From Octopus sinensis (taxonomy: Eukaryota): a stretch of DNA of 64,000 nt. Shown one piece after another: positions 39,275-55,264 of this stretch. Within the stretch, counting starts at the first letter, position 1; the number at the start of each line of letters is the position of its first letter. The stretch is from the NCBI RefSeq assembly GCF_006345805.1, contig NC_042998.1, forward strand, positions 102,982,001 through 103,046,000. Direction: 5' to 3'. The position numbers were made by a program, and so were the translations under genes. The notes under the pieces were generated by a model. That model was not told the origin of the DNA. It searched no databases and worked only from the letters and a program-made list of their open reading frames with translations.

Positions 39275-39485
39275 TCATGGTCAGGACAAGCACTCTTGGT
39301 TTCAATTCCTTAACAGGACAGTGCGTTGTATTCTTGAGTAAAAAAACGCTTCACATGAAGTTGTTCTGCGAGGACATCCATATCTAGCATGTGGTACACA
39401 GTTTACCTGTGCAGGTAACGTTGACTCGATGAAGGAGGTGAGCATATGTACAGCACATATATTTGATCACTATAGACAAATCACT
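39275..39485 (+). mobile_element. SINE family 4, decayed
   Basis: ggtttcaattcc B-box-like motif, gcgttgtattcttgag, body matches 55265-55525 reverse complement. Confidence 0.6.
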
Positions 39486-42400
39486 TGTTTAGGTCTTTCC
39501 ACAAAAACTGAACACACATACCCCCATATATATATATATATGAAGGGTACTGGGTTCGATTCCTGTAACCGCCTGCTGGCAAGTTTTTCCCCACTTCCCA
39601 ATCTTTGCTGGTTTTTACCGCTAGACTGCGCTCGAAATTTACTCTTTTGTTTTAAAAGATGTGTATGTGTCTGTCTGTCAGCATATATATGGGGATATGG
39701 ATAGCTAGAGGAAGCGAAAACACACAGAGATAGATATGTGTGTGTGCTTTTGTATAGATGCTTTGTCTGTTCTCCGACAATTTTAGCATCATTTATACTT
39801 TACTGATTAGATCTCCTTAACGGTTTGAAAATACTTCCCCTCATTCCTATTGACGTAAGGACAACAATTCATCGCTGGTGACTATGTAATAGAAAGATCT
39901 GTGCACCCCCCCCCATTAATTTTTTGTTCGTCATTTTTTATACTTTGTGAAAATAATATATTTGTGTAGAATGCTACTTTATCACTAACAAAATTTCCTC
40001 TTTATTACTGTAACTTTACTCAAAACATATTACAATACCAAATCACAACAGGTCGCAAATTATATTTTTACCAACAACCTACGCCAGCTTATTATTAATG
40101 ATAAATAAACATAACAGTCTATTATTTGAGAATCTCAAAATGAACAAAAAAAGTTTGTGTTTGCTTAATGAAGAAACTCGTTAATGGAATATTCGAAAAG
40201 ACATTCATACTAAGTGACATACTACAAGAATTAATCGATGGATAAATAATACAAATATTATGACATAATCAAAAAGAAATCTTGAGTAACAACGTAATAA
40301 GCTTCTCATCATTTCTTACTCGTTCACTCGGATGATTGTAAATCAAAGGGCCCTGATAGGTGTATTCAGGACAATTTTTTGTAAGCAGTTATCATTTATG
40401 TCATATCAGACTGATAATTTTGTGAATGTCAATAACAGCAATACTAAAACGATCGTAAAATTAGCTCAACTATGCAAACCCCGTTTTCCCTTTATTATTT
40501 ATTTGTCCTGCAAAAGAAATATTGTCAGACTTACAGCGTTATTGTATATGGCTCTGAATTTATTTTGACAGAACACCTATAGTTAGAACGTGGAATGAAC
40601 TTTTTCGTTGGGTATAGCAAGTAATAGATTAAAAAATGGTGGTAGTGTGTTCGAAGTTGCTATGTGTGACCTTTTACAACTGTAACCCTAACAGTTACCC
40701 AAGTCTATATCTGTGAACACACTTTTTGACTGACAAGCTTATGTGCATACATTAACTTTGAAAGAACAGATGTAGATATTACCAAACTGCGTTTTGATTA
40801 AGTACAGTGAAAAATGAACTCTACATACGGCATATTATATCGATTAACAACTGTGACACGTGGAATGCTAATTATATTTTCATTTTATATTCTGCGAGAA
40901 ACTATGATGCTACAATTACTTCTAAAAATAACAGCTGTTCTTAGAACGTCTGCTAGAACTTAAGTAAGAAACAGAGGTCTCGTAACATTGTTTTATGCAG
41001 CGGATGAAGCAAAAGATTCAGATTCAGGGTATATTAAATTTTATTATTTGCTTTCCAAGAGAAGAGAAAGATAAGTTAGAACATGATGTAGAAAGTGTTA
41101 CAAACTACTAACACAGATAAACGATTATGCATACTAGATGATACCTTAGATGAATACTTGTAAAATGTGTCAATGGGTGAAATATTATCATAAGCATAGA
41201 TTGTCGAAACACATTGCATATTTGAAGTTCTGGTTTTAACAGTTTAAAGAATAAAAAAAAGTCTAAAAGTAGACTGCTATCAAGGTTTGATTAATAAAAC
41301 CGAAATGAAAGAAAATGTATGTTGTACTTCCATATTCATTAATGAGGAGGGCATTCCACAGGAATTCAGAACTACTCTTTACATTCACATGCAAATCCAG
41401 ATTGTTACAGATCTTCGTTGCATCCTTCGTTACATGAACTGCTAGAGCTCATTTTCGATAGCATGAAATTAGAAAATACAAGAGTATTTAAAAGATGTTT
41501 ACAAGAATATACTTTAAAAATCAGATACTTTGTATTTCAGAAAAGAGGTCTTCCATCTTCCATATGCACCACTGCAGGTAATCTGGGAATAACAAGATAA
41601 ACTCACTTAGCAGCCAATATCTATATTTGCATAAACACAAAGTTCCTGATATTAGTCTTTTAGAACTACAGCAAATCATTTTGAACTGCAGTCTGTGCGT
41701 CTTTGTATCAAAGAAAATACTTCAGAGGGGATAATTATTTAAAAAATTGCTATTTCCAACTGTACACCTTTGCTGGAATGTATATCGATAGAGACATGCA
41801 TCACAACATATGTTGTATATATGCTAAGTAACATGTGCCGGAGCTTCAGGAAATATAATGCACGTATTATTTGAATTTTGATCCTGCGTTATATCCGAAT
41901 ATAGGTACAAGTATGCATTCAAAGCATTGATAGAATTTTTGTTGTTTTTATTGAAGAGAACTTATGAATTAATGAACCAAAATGTAGCATTGTTGTCAAG
42001 TATTCATATGCTTCAGAAGCACTTTGGCATCCATTGAGGGTTCGCATTCTTTCTGTTGAAATAATTGGTTCATTGTGAAAATGAATTGCCGATACGTATT
42101 AAGAATACTTAAAGTGAATAGAGGTCAGAAGACTACATTCATTCAATGCCTTACTACAAACCGCACGGATTATTCTACTTAAGATGTAACGTTCTTTAAT
42201 TTCCAACAGCATTGTTTAGAATAGATTGGTCAAATAGACAAAAGCAATGCACGGACATCAACACAAAGAATCTACTTTAAGACCTCTTGAGTTTGTGAAA
42301 AATATCATATGAGTAAGATTTTGCTGCAGTTATCTTCACTACAGGACCTAAGGGGCATAACTACCAAAAGTACAAGAAATTAATAATAAAAAGCGCTTTA

Positions 42401-44084
42401 TAGAATGTACTGATTATGGTGATGGAAAAGGAATTATAAATATATATTGATTTGTAACTTATTCTTCACGTCATATTCCACGCCTCTTAATGAAATATTG
42501 TTGGTTTATAAAACCTTAGCCCGTTAAAATTGCAGTTACCTAGCAAATTACAGTTACCTAAGGGTTACAGTTACTTGACATCGATTATAAATAGTTGAAA
42601 AGTGTGTTATCACTGAATTGTACACTTCCTATCAATGAAAACGAACTTCCCATAACCAAATCATCACTGGGTGACTACACCAAATACATCGGAATGTTTT
42701 GATCTTGCCACCAAATATTAACAAAAAAGCTAGAAAAATTCTTTAAAGAAAGATCAAATTCTATGTCACGCTTTTAACATCTTAATGCAAGTCATATGTT
42801 TCTTCAACCTAATATTAAATATATATTTGATTTTTTGGCTGTTCTGGAAGGAAAAATTATTTCCAAATTTCTATTAAGTGTATGGAAGCATGTTTGGATC
42901 AATAACTGTTACCTTCACAAAACTGCTCGCATTGTTCTACAAATGATATATATTTCATTCACTATTTCTAGTTCAATTTCTATTGATAGATATTCTGGTT
43001 GTAGTTGTAATACCAACAATGAAGTCGCAAACATAATTCACTGCTGTAGTTTTATATTGAATCACTAAAAATGTCACGGGGTGTATTTTACGATGTTGAT
43101 CTCAATTTGTATTGTCTTTTGTTGTTTAAATGATTTGCCTTCTGAAGGCAAGAATCGGCAGCCACATTGTTATTTAAAGACTGTTGGCAGAGGCTATCGT
43201 GAAACTACCAAGGCTCAGCTTCTTCATTTTGGAAGAATTTGATGAAACTGAAAATTAATTCAGTATTCAACTAGAGAAACGAGGGGGAAAGTTATAAAGT
43301 GTTGATTTTATGGTGCGTGTTGGTGATGTTGAGAGGCAACAAGATACTATTACTAAAATTAATCTTCCAATCGATGTTTTATTTCCATCGAATCAAAATC
43401 AAATGATCGATCGTTGGAAGCCCAGTTCCTGCACCTTTCTCAAATAGAGCAATAATTTTGTAACGATGCTCTTGTTAATTTCCTTAAAGAGAATAGTATC
43501 AACACACCAGAGGGCAAAACAGTCACAAAAGATTCCACACGTTCGATAACGATGGTACTTTGTACAATTATCTCTGAACAATTGCGAAACCTTCAAAAGA
43601 ATACATGGATTTGCAAAGGAAAAAAATAATCAGGATAAACCAATGATATAAACGTATGATTTAAGATGATGCTGTTACAGAAAATGAGCATTAAGACAAC
43701 ATTTCATTGTTCCAAGAATTAAACTGACACCTCTCTGCCATTTATTCTTTTATGATTCTAGTTCACAGCACGCGCGGCTTTTGCCAAGAGATTATGTGAA
43801 TTTTAATGGGTGGTACAGAACAAAATAGACCTGTTGTTCACAAGTGATATGCATTGATATTTTAGAATTTTACAATACCCTCTTTCTCCCAAAATGTCAC
43901 CAAGATAATAAACTGTATATATCGAATTCTGAAAACTCACCTTGTCTACTAACAGAATAATTAATGCAGCTACTTTTTAAATACAATTTTACGGGGTTAT
44001 TATCGTTAATTTATTTTGTATTTCATTATGCAGTATGTGTGTATTATATAAACGCAATAAACGCATGCATACACACACATACGA

Positions 44085-44335
<251 letters not shown>

Positions 44336-44974
44336 GTACAATATCGATAATAAACAAAACGAAGAGTTGGAACATTCATACTTTATGTTTATTTCCAGTA
44401 GGTTTATTTATAATACTAGTCCAACGCCCATTTGTTTTTATTTAAATAATAAAATGTATTAGTTTAAATAATTTCAATATTTTTTCTCTCTAAGAAACTA
44501 AATTAACTATAGTAATAAAGACGCTTATAAAGGATATAATGATAGAATTCAATTTATAAGATTATATATAATATAACCTAAAAACGCTTTAAAACAATAA
44601 TAATATGTTAGAAGAACCTAAAATACAACTGACTACTTCCTTTTAATAACGTGCTTCTTACCGCTTAGTGATTATCCACTACTACTATTAATAAACTTCA
44701 CAAATTCAAATAATATAATCAAGTATGTAGAATCAATCAAAAAGAAATATTCTATAAGTAACAACTCCTCACCTAGCCAAGAACATTTCCTAACTTCAAC
44801 AAACAGTGCTGCTGCTGCTACTGAATTTTTGCCAGACAAACAATTGAGAAAAACATCCCAGAAGAATGTCATGGTTTACTACTACTACCAAGCCTAATTT
44901 AAACTAACAGCGGTGGGAAATTCTCCTTTGAAGAATGTCATACTATTATGCCCTGAAGATATCATACTAATGGA

Positions 44975-45347
44975 TGGAAGCACTCCGTCGGTTATGACGA
45001 TGAGAGTTCCGGTTGATCCGATCAACGGAACAGCCTGCTCGTGAAATTAACGTGTAAGTGGCTGAGCACTCCACAGACACGTGTACCCTTAACGTAGTTC
45101 TCGGGGATATTCAGCGTGACACAGAGAGTGACAAGGCCGGCCCTTTGAAATACAGGTACAACAGAAATAGGAAGTAAGAGTAAGAGAAAGTTGTGGTTAA
45201 AGAGTACAGCAGGGATCACCACCATCCCTGCTGGAGCTTCGTGGAGCTTTAGGTGTTTTCGCTCAATAAACACTCACAACGCCCGGTCTGGGAATCGAAA
45301 CCGCGATCCTAGGACCGCGAGTCCGCTGCCCTAACCACTGCGCCTCC
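44975..45347 (-). mobile_element. tRNA-derived SINE family 3
   Basis: Minus head gcgcagtggttagggcagcggactcgcggtcctaggatcgcggtttcgattcccagacc (A and B boxes). Confidence 0.75.
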
Positions 45348-45735
45348 TATCATACTAATAATGCATAAATTGCTGCATATGAATATGAAACAATATGCAT
45401 TTGGTGCGGTTGAAACACGTGCTGGATTATTATTATGAATAAACTAACTGGAAATAAACATAAAGTGTGAATGTTAAAATTCTTCATTTTTTTAATTATC
45501 AATAATGTCTAGGTGACGAAGAAATAAACTGGAATGGGAGCTAAAGGACGTTTACCAAAAACGCGGCATCAGAAGGAACCAGCCTTGGCAATTTACTCAG
45601 TATCTACGTGGATATTGCCTACATCCTCTTACTATACATACATACATACATACATTGATACATACATACATACATACATACATTGATACATACATACATA
45701 CATACATACATACATACATACATACATACACACAA

Positions 45736-45796
<61 letters not shown>

Positions 45797-46007
45797 GGAG
45801 AATTATAAAAATATACAAAAGGAGAAAAAATGCTAGAGATTCAGTATACACCACGTGGCAAAATTACGAGTTGAAAATATGTGGAAAACGTATACAAAAA
45901 GTGGAAAAGATATGCCTTCATTTCACATAATTTAATATCTTTTTATAAAGAAAATGTTTAACTGTATACATATTTTATGGATGTAGTGATATCCAACCCG
46001 TTTTTAC

Positions 46008-48219
46008 TATTTAAATTAGTCTTTCAAGGGACATTGTGTAGTAATCAATTCTTGTGACAAAGGGGTCTCGCCATTTTGGATGCTTAAAAAATAAGAATGA
46101 GTCTAGAGGGTGGACCAAGGGAGATAACAGGTGCCAAGGGGACAACTAATTCCTCAGTATAATTTCTGAAGTGGTCAAGTTTGTATATTAAGGTATGGTC
46201 TGTACTTTTGTATGAACAGATTTTCCTTCTTTAGGCTTTCTTGTAAGGAGATTGAATATTTGCATTGGTATAATGGAAAGCTATGGAAATTCGGCGTTTT
46301 ATTTCTCGCGCATCTGTCTATATGTTCACTCAGGACTATCTGCCTGTACTGAGGAAAACGAATCTGTGTTTTATACATCGCGACTCTGCGTTTCAAAGTA
46401 AGGCTCGTTTGGCCCACATGATTGTGGCCACATCCTGAGCAGGTTAGGACATAGATAAGTTTCTGAGAAGCACATGTAAAGTTGGTCTTAATTGAGAATG
46501 TTTCTCCTTGTTGGAAAGTGAATTCCGAGCCTTCAGTTAGATATGGGCATGTATTACAATTAGGTCGTCTGCATTTTTTAACTGTTGGTATCGTATGTAT
46601 TGAGTATAGTTTTGCATTTTTTAGGTGTCTCTTGAGTGATTTGAGTTGTCTTTTGCATTTGAGGAGTTTATATGTATTTAGGATGTTGTTCATTTTCGAG
46701 TCTTGGGTGAGCAGAGGGAGATGTATAATAGTGTTGTATGCTTCATTGTTTCTGGGATTGTGGGTTGATATGTATGGGATTGATGTAAAGTGAGGTGTGA
46801 TGTTTTGTTTTGTTGTCCTTAATGTGTGTGTGGCCAATTTCTTGGCACGTTCAACCATGGCCTATAAGTGCGGGTAGGTGCTGAAGTTTAATCAATGTTA
46901 TTTTGAGGTCTTGTAGGCGAAGTTCCCGAATGGTTGTGTCAGATACAATTGTACAGATCCTTTTAGCTGGATTGAATTGGATATTTATTTTGCCGTGTTT
47001 AGGATGGCATGAACTTAAAAGGAGATACTGTTTTCAATCTGTTGGTTTGTAGTAGATGTTAGTTGCAATTTGGTTGTTGGACTTTTTTATTAACAAAATG
47101 TCCAGAAATGGGAGCAGCTGTTCCTTGCTATATTCCATTGTAAATTGAATATTGGAGTTTATATTGTTCAGTATGGATTTGAAATCCAGAGGTTTATCAT
47201 AGGTTTCATTCGAGATGATAAAACAATCGTCTAGGTGCCTTTTCTTTCCAGTTTTTTTCTTATATACTGGTGGAATGGGGGTTCAAATTTTTGGAGCGAA
47301 AGTTCATATATTGTAGATTCAAAGAAACCCATTATTAGGTTGGCAAGAACAGGTGCTGATTTTGTTCCCATCGCAATACAGCACTTTTGGCGGTAATATG
47401 TTGCATCGAATAGGAAGTAATTGTTTTTTAGGATGAACTTCAGGGATTCAATGACAAGTGTCTGGTTTATGCGGTCCGGGAGAACTTCGGGCTATTTTTC
47501 TAACCAGAATTTTATTGCCTCCACTCCGAAGTCATGTGGAGTGTTGGTATAGAGGTTGATGACATCGAAGGAGACTAATAGTGCTTCTTCGTTTGTGGTG
47601 TTTGGTAGATGCTCTAGCATGTCCAGATCGTCTCTAATGAAACCTTTAACGTATCTGAGGAAAGGTTTCAATAGTATCTCCAGAAAGTTGCTTAGCCGGT
47701 ATATTTCACAGGCTGGGCCCGCTTTTAATAGGCCTTAATTTTAAGTCTTCTGGTGTTGCGATATTTATGTATAGAACTGGATTTGATTTGCAGGCATTAG
47801 TAATTATTTGACTCGTGTGAATTTTGGGGAGGCCCTACAAAAGTCTCGGTTTGCATTTAATGTTTGGTATATAGTCTTTTTCTTTTTCTGTGAGGCCTTT
47901 TCTATGTTTGAGTATTAAAGATGCAAAATCTTTTAATGTTTTTTGCTGCCTATAATTTCCAACTTTTTTTTATAAAAGGAGTTATTTTCTAGAATGGACA
48001 ATGCTAGTTCTTTTAGCATTCTGTCTATCAAGACTACAGCACTAACTCCTCAATATAATTTTTGAAGTGGTCTGTACTTTTCCATGAACAGGTTATCCTT
48101 GTTCTTGTAAGGAGGTTGAATCTAGATTCATTCTTATTTTTCAAGCCTCTAAAATTGCGAGACCCGTTTGTCACAAGAATTGATTATTTCACAATGCCCT
48201 TGAAAAGCTAATTTAAATA
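46008..48219 (-). mobile_element. Decayed Penelope-like element (Neptune-like) with short direct and inverted pLTR pieces
   Basis: Minus: NLYTNTPHDFGVEAI, IAMGTKSAPVLANL, HLDDCFI, LPFLDILL, then KCRRPNCNTCPYL and LIYVLTCSGCGHNHVGQT (GIY-YIG, ORF 46175-46858). 48121-48219 is an inverted copy of 46008-46110; 48050-48120 is a direct copy of ~46158-46260. Confidence 0.85.
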
Positions 48220-48301
48220 ACGAAAATATAAAATACATAAAATGAGTAAATATTCAAATGAATACTCGTAAATACATTATTATTATTATTATTATTAGTA
48301 T

Positions 48302-48348
<47 letters not shown>

Positions 48349-51300
48349 AGTAGTAGTAGTAGTAGTAGTAGTAGTTCCAGCAGTAAATCTAGTAAATCTG
48401 AATAATTGATAATAACAACAACAATAACATTTGTGACATCAAGCAATATTAGCATTAAACAGCTATACAATAAATTCATAATTATATTAGAGGTTCCACG
48501 AAGCGGCAGCTTGCTAGAGAGTGGAAGTTTACGTATTTTTCAGTGAGATCGGTGGTTAAGTTGGGGGTTTCTACTTCCACTTTCTAGCTAGCTGGTGCTT
48601 CGTATACACTCTAATATATTTATGAATATATACATAATTTCTTTTAAATCTTATGAAACTTATTTTTTACCTCTGCACACGTACAACTGTATAACTCTTG
48701 CAATGCCTTCTTTATTTCGTCAAAAGCCAGACAAGCCTTTGACGAAACAAAAAAACGTATTGAAACTACTGTACATTTATAAGGCTACCCACAGTTAGTA
48801 AAACATATTTCAAAGCTGCACATTTAAAGTATTAAATATTTTGTTGAGTGATGAACTACTTGAAAAATTAGAACGTGATATATAACTTATATATAGAAAA
48901 GTATAGTTTCATAGTTTCATCAAAATATCACGCAAAAGGAATTAACTATTGTTTATAACGTTTAAAAGGAAATTCCAACGGATTTAGAGAAGTATAACCC
49001 TTTTAATATACTATATAATAGCAAAGAATTATCTGGTATAACAGCGGAAACACCGTGCACCGTATCGAGCTGCACGAATTGATATCTAGGAGACAAGAGT
49101 AGTGGGTGCATGGAGGTAATTTTTAACTATCTGGTATTTCTTTGTAAATGTTACTGTAAGATTAACAAATTGAAGAATTCAATAATGTTGCTAAATATAA
49201 CAAACATTCGATGTTGAATGTTATATTATTCATTTGTGGAATAAAATCAATCATCATAAAAATGAAATGTTAATGAAAATTTCCAATGAAGCTCTAGATG
49301 TAATAGCAGAGCAACAAGAGAGGCGCAACAGACCATTTAATAAAGAACGAATTTAGAATTGAAATGAGAGAAAATTAAACACACCGAAGCAACAAACCAA
49401 GTACAGGAACGGAAAACAGGAAAATATATGAAACGAATAATAAAAAGGAATTGCAATACTTTAAGGGAAATAAAATCAGATAACACAATAAAATCTATTG
49501 AACACACAAAAAAAAAAGTCTTAATATAATCTCACCATTAAGAAAGGTTGTGTAGCTAAAGACATTACTGTAAGGATAGATCAACAAGCGAAAGCAAAAG
49601 ATGAAGTATTAAACTATATAAATGATTCAAATTTAGAAAAATGTATTCGCAGAATATTAAGGAGTTAAACATATTAAAGCAAGAAAATATAGAAACAAAG
49701 TAACACAATTGCTAAACTTGTTTTTTGAAAAGACATGAAGTAGAAAAATGAACGTGTGTGTGTATGTGTGTGCGTGTATATATGTAAATATATATATATG
49801 TATATACATATGTATTTATATATGTGCATATATATAAATGAATGTATATATGTATGTATATATATATATGAATGTATATATGTATGTATATATATATGAG
49901 AATGTATATATGTATGTATATATATATGTATGTATGTATCTATGTATAAATGAATATCTATATATATATATATGAATGTATTTAAATGTATATATGTATA
50001 TACATATATATGTGTACATATATACACATAGCTACATATTCATATACATACATGTATATATACACAGAAGTGTGCGTGTGTACAGTCGTACGTACACACA
50101 GTCGTATAGCATTCTGGGAAATGAGATTCTTGATGAAAACCATTGAAGTAAATAAAATTCAGAAGGTTTACATAAAATATTTACAACATTTGCATACTTG
50201 AGTGTCAAACTTCCAGGACGATTAACATTTCAAATAGATTCTATCACAGCCTATGGGACATACAAGTCATCGTTAGCAAGATAATATTTTTATCGTCAAT
50301 GGGAAACAATATCTATTAATTTAAATTCATCGTTTATCAGTATTACCATGACATAAATAACAATTAAGGTGTTCTCTATTTTCTAAAAATAAATATTTTC
50401 CTGTTAAATGATAAAATTACTGAAAGAACTATAGTAAGTATATAACTTAATGTAGTAATTGCTCCAACACTAAATTACAATGCAATATTCAGTAATCATT
50501 ATCAAACTATATTTCATACGATAAATCACAAAATAAAGCATTATATAGTATACTTGCATTTTGAGCTGTGCCTTTTTGTAAATACATTCGGTCAATTTAC
50601 CCTTTCTTATGAAATGTTACGCATTCAACTGTTTGTTAACTACTAGGTACTAAAACTATCTTCCCATTTAGCGTTAGAACTTGAAATCATTATTTTATGT
50701 CCTTTATGAAGCTATAAAGAAAGAAACATTAGTATCAAAATAAACTGACAGAGCTCAACGGCATTGTAACAAAGAAGCTAAGACGTATGCAATACAAATA
50801 ATTTTCCCCGAGCCTGAGTATTAAGAGAAAGGGAAATGATTATTGTAACAAAAAACAAAAATGGTTGGGTAATGCATTTCGACACCAACAAAAGAAATTC
50901 AGAATCCTAGCTGTAAATTTTTATATTAGTGATTGACGTTTAATCGTTCATTATAATTGTACTTAAGTTTTTGACACCGATAAATGTCAAAATATCATGC
51001 ATTATATTAAAATATATTAATTCATTCTTTCATAAGCATGTCTACTCAACTAACAGCAAAAAAGCAATAAGAAAAAACGTCGATTTAAATCAGCTCAATT
51101 ACGACCAAGGAATATATGGGATAATTATATACAATGAAAATATCAGGTGTTAAAATTCCATGGCAAGCTTGTACAAAAGCAGTACACAAGCATAATTCTG
51201 ATTGTTGCCTTTAGTCAATTTTGATAGATGATGAAAACTTTATGGTAGATGTATAATCGCTTTAACAGTTTAATCATTTAAGTGTTCCATATTAATAGTA

Positions 51301-52821
51301 AACGCAAATGGTATCAGTGCTGCTGCATCTCATGTTTCTGGCACAAATTCAAGTGCAATCTAAAATTTTGTCCCTGAATCTGCAAGATAGTATTCATCAT
51401 ATATGATATGGCACCAACAAAATAGATATTACCGTTAATAAAATATAACTGCGTTAACAGTGTTTTGTAACCATACTATTCTGTGCTATAAAATATATCT
51501 CTAAATTTGACCAAATACTGTCCGCAATGGACATATGTAAGCACTCTAGTTTCTACACACAGTACATTCGTGGGAAGAAACAGAAGAACCGGGCTGAAAT
51601 CTATGTAGAGATGTTATCAGAGTACACTCAGTAACTTATCACAATGACATTAATTATAAACTTTACGGATTTAAGGAGGGTAACTTATCCCCATAGAATA
51701 ACAAAAGGATTGAATTTGCTCGGTAAATCCTCTTTATTATTATCTATGAAATTCTGTACATACATATCAACTGCATGTCTCAGATAATTACACACAGTGT
51801 TGATTAAAATGTATTATTAATACTATAGGGTAAATAGCAGAAATATCATTAAACTTCTAGCTGTTTAGTTCCATGTCAGTTCTGGTTAAGTAGACCTTGC
51901 GTTCCAGTCTATTCCAAATGAAGACCATCCTGTCTTTTATTATAGAACTACACTCTCCTTAAGACAGTAGCGTATGATCTGAGGGAAGTTTGGCTTCTAT
52001 TTTTAACAGGTCGAGAAATACCGTTGGAGTATTTTGTTTTGTTAATTTTGTGGATGTTACGTTGCTATTACTACTGCAGATTTTGTTTTCCTTTCCATTG
52101 CTATGATTGTCGTTATTATTGCAGCAGCTATTGTTGTTGATATTAACACCAGATCAGCCTTGAATGAGATATAGAAGGTTTCAAACTGTGACCATCTGTT
52201 TTTATTTTTCGTAAAGTGTATTTTGACTTTTTAAAAACTATAAATCTAGCCGCTATTTCTAGCAGATCGATTAAACGAGTATTAGTTTCCTATTTATTTA
52301 GCATCACTCTACAGTGCTTGTTTTTCATTATTACCATGCACGTACCACTGATAACATTTCGGCCTTTAACCACTGCATTCCATTCCCCTTACCAACCCCT
52401 CCTACTACCCTGTCTCTCCAAAGCATCATTCTCCGCCTCTTCCACCGCCTACAGTTTAACTCTGCTACTTCTTACTTCTCCTGTCATTCAATCGTTCCTC
52501 CAAGTGCGGCCAATGTAATTTTGTTTTAATCGAGGAAACCGGCCGTCAGTTGGCCTGCGGGTTTCTAGTGAACCTCAGCGATATCTGTTTTGGTAATGGG
52601 CTACTTATTTGTCGATATCTTCATTTCGTTTAACCTCCCTTGATATTCAGTGAAATTAGCACTACCTCAACCACCATTCGACGCCGGTGAGAAGGGAATC
52701 TCATTTTCTTTCTCCAAACTTACACACCTCTCGGTCTGAATACGCTACCTCGATTTCTAACTTAACTTTTATCTCAAGATACCCAATCATTATGCAGCCT
52801 TTCCATTTGTTTCTCTATCTT

Positions 52822-52875
<54 letters not shown>

Positions 52876-54418
52876 ACACCGTTTCCATCAATGAACTCAT
52901 TCCCTCCTATCTACCTACTTCTCATCCCACACCATTCTCACGACCACTCACACAACCTAAACACACCAACATTGTACACATACATATCCCTTCTCATTTA
53001 CCCCCCACAACCACACATGCATTCACACATTTCATCTCTTCCACCATCTTGTCCCTTTGACACACTGACGTTCATAAACACGTTCACGGACACGAATCAC
53101 CACACAACGTCTCGTTGCCGCACGCATAGACACACATACGTATACCTCCCATTCACTCATTTACATATCACCATTCACACACATTTTGTGTCTTTGATGC
53201 ATACACACATACTAATATTACTCACTCCTCATACACACAACGGTGCTCTTACACATTATTTCCAGTTCTAAACTAACATTGATAAATATACATAAACACT
53301 GGTAGAAAAAATATGCGCCTACGCACACACACAGATACATACATACACAGACGTGAACACACTCTCTCTCTCAATCCGCCACCCTCCACCTTCAACCACT
53401 TTCGCTTTCGTTGACATCTGCGTTTCACACCATTCTATTTGCTCTTTAGATTGAGCCGCACACTATATTTCCCATTTCTCTGAACTCGCAATTTTCTCTC
53501 ACGGCAATTGCTTTTGTTCATACTTTCCTTCTACTTAACAGAATCTTACGTTCATAGCCACTTTACACACCCTCCATATTCCTCTTACCTTTCTCTTTTA
53601 CTTTACATTCGCACTGCTTTCACCTCATCAGCTTTCCGAGTTCCTCAAACGCAGATAACGCTTTAAGACACACACACACACACACACACTCGTACACACA
53701 CAGAGACTGACTTGCATACACACATACACACTCACACTCACAGACACACACGCTCACACTCACACCCCACCCACACATATACGCACACACACGCACATAT
53801 TCACATACACACACATATACGCACACACACTCATGCACACCCACACACACATATACGCACACACACTCACAGGGACGCACACACTCACACATACATCAAC
53901 ACTCCGACCCCACTGAACTTACACCACTCCACTACCACAATTGCAATTTTTTACACACCAAAAGAACACCGATATATTACTTCCTTCTATGTGTAAGTCA
54001 TTAAACAATGATGCACTCCAAAATTTGCATAAATCCACCTTACATATACTCCCTGTTTAACTGCCCCATAAAACCACCATCCCACCTTGAACCTCTCATA
54101 GAATTTATTCACTTTGAAGCCCTCTGCGATTTTCTCTTTCATCTGATATAGACGAAGCTCCGAAACATTTAGACTTTCGTTTGTTTTCAAGATTTAAACT
54201 AATTTTTCTTTTTTCTTAAACCCTATCCATCTCGTAATTTATCTTTATTGTACTGTTCAGTGCAATTATAACGCTTCCCCTCTAGCGATATATTGTATAT
54301 AAAGGATGCAGAACGTTGCATCGAAAACCATCAGGTGGAGAATCTGCCTAGGGTTAAACTAGCAGTAACATTCACCTACCGCATTGATGTAGCAACTCGC
54401 TTACTCTGTGTGTATATA

Positions 54419-54732
54419 TCTATTATATAAAATCCGTTCCGTCTGTCTGTGTGTGTGTCTTCTAGGTTCTCGGGCATCCTCCATTCGATTGCGCTCAAAA
54501 TTGATATGTACATAGCGACGATATCAGAGCATGTATAAGTCTTGAAAAAATTTCAAAAATCGATTCCAGGTGAGAATGCAATCAATAAAGCCGTGGGAAC
54601 GTGCATTTGTACGCGCAAGTACAGAAGTTGGTGCGATCGATACTATGCGTACGCGAGAAAAATGCACGTCCAGTTTGCGCAAAAAAGCCGGCTGGCTTGA
54701 AATAACGCCACAAAATGGGACGGTCGGACAAG

Positions 54733-54733
<1 letters not shown>
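54419..54733 (+). mobile_element. Probable non-autonomous Helitron
   Basis: A|TCtattatataaaa start followed by ctgtctgtgtgtg, and ends CAAG|T (CTAG-like). The terminal hairpin is weak. Confidence 0.4.
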
Positions 54734-54774
<41 letters not shown>

Positions 54775-55188
54775 TATATATAATACATACATACATACAT
54801 ACATACATACATACATACATACATACATACATACATACATACATACGTAAACATGCATGCAGATATACATTCATACATGTATATATACAGTATGACGGAA
54901 TGGTTAGGAAGATTGATCCACAGTTAAGAGGACCCGATTTCGACTACCCTGCGTAGTACATGGGCTAATGCTATTTTTTGTAGCGTCATGTTAATCTACT
55001 TTTTAATGTTAAATTGGCTATACAGATTAGGCAATTATGTTGAGTGGATTTCGCCTATGAATTTACCATTTTAACTGAGAAATACATTATGATTACACGC
55101 GTCTCTTACACCTTGGTTCTGAAGCAGATTATCTGGTGTATTTAACAGGTCCTGGTCTTCGAGCAACAGAGATCAACCGGACATATAT

Positions 55189-55231
<43 letters not shown>

Positions 55232-55264
55232 TGTGTGTGTATGTGTGTGTGTGTTCAGTATATA

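Noticed and set aside
40670-42640. Shared aactgtaaccct / aacacacttt motifs in inverted orientation at ~40680 and ~42560
   Set aside because: Too short and in a different order to be TIRs; no element body identified.
51150-51660. Minus-strand translation resembling a class A GPCR (MSIAD..C..ILSCRF..KATIRIMLV), with a similar hint at ~28700-29500
   Set aside because: About one stop per 15-20 codons, as expected for random AT-rich DNA. Motif resemblance is loose and may be chance; a profile-HMM search on a frameshift-aware translation would be needed.
52300-54240. Possible L1/Tx1 relics (ISLNIKG APE-like start near 52650, minus; ORF 53987-54190)
   Set aside because: Only one short motif each; not enough to call a feature.
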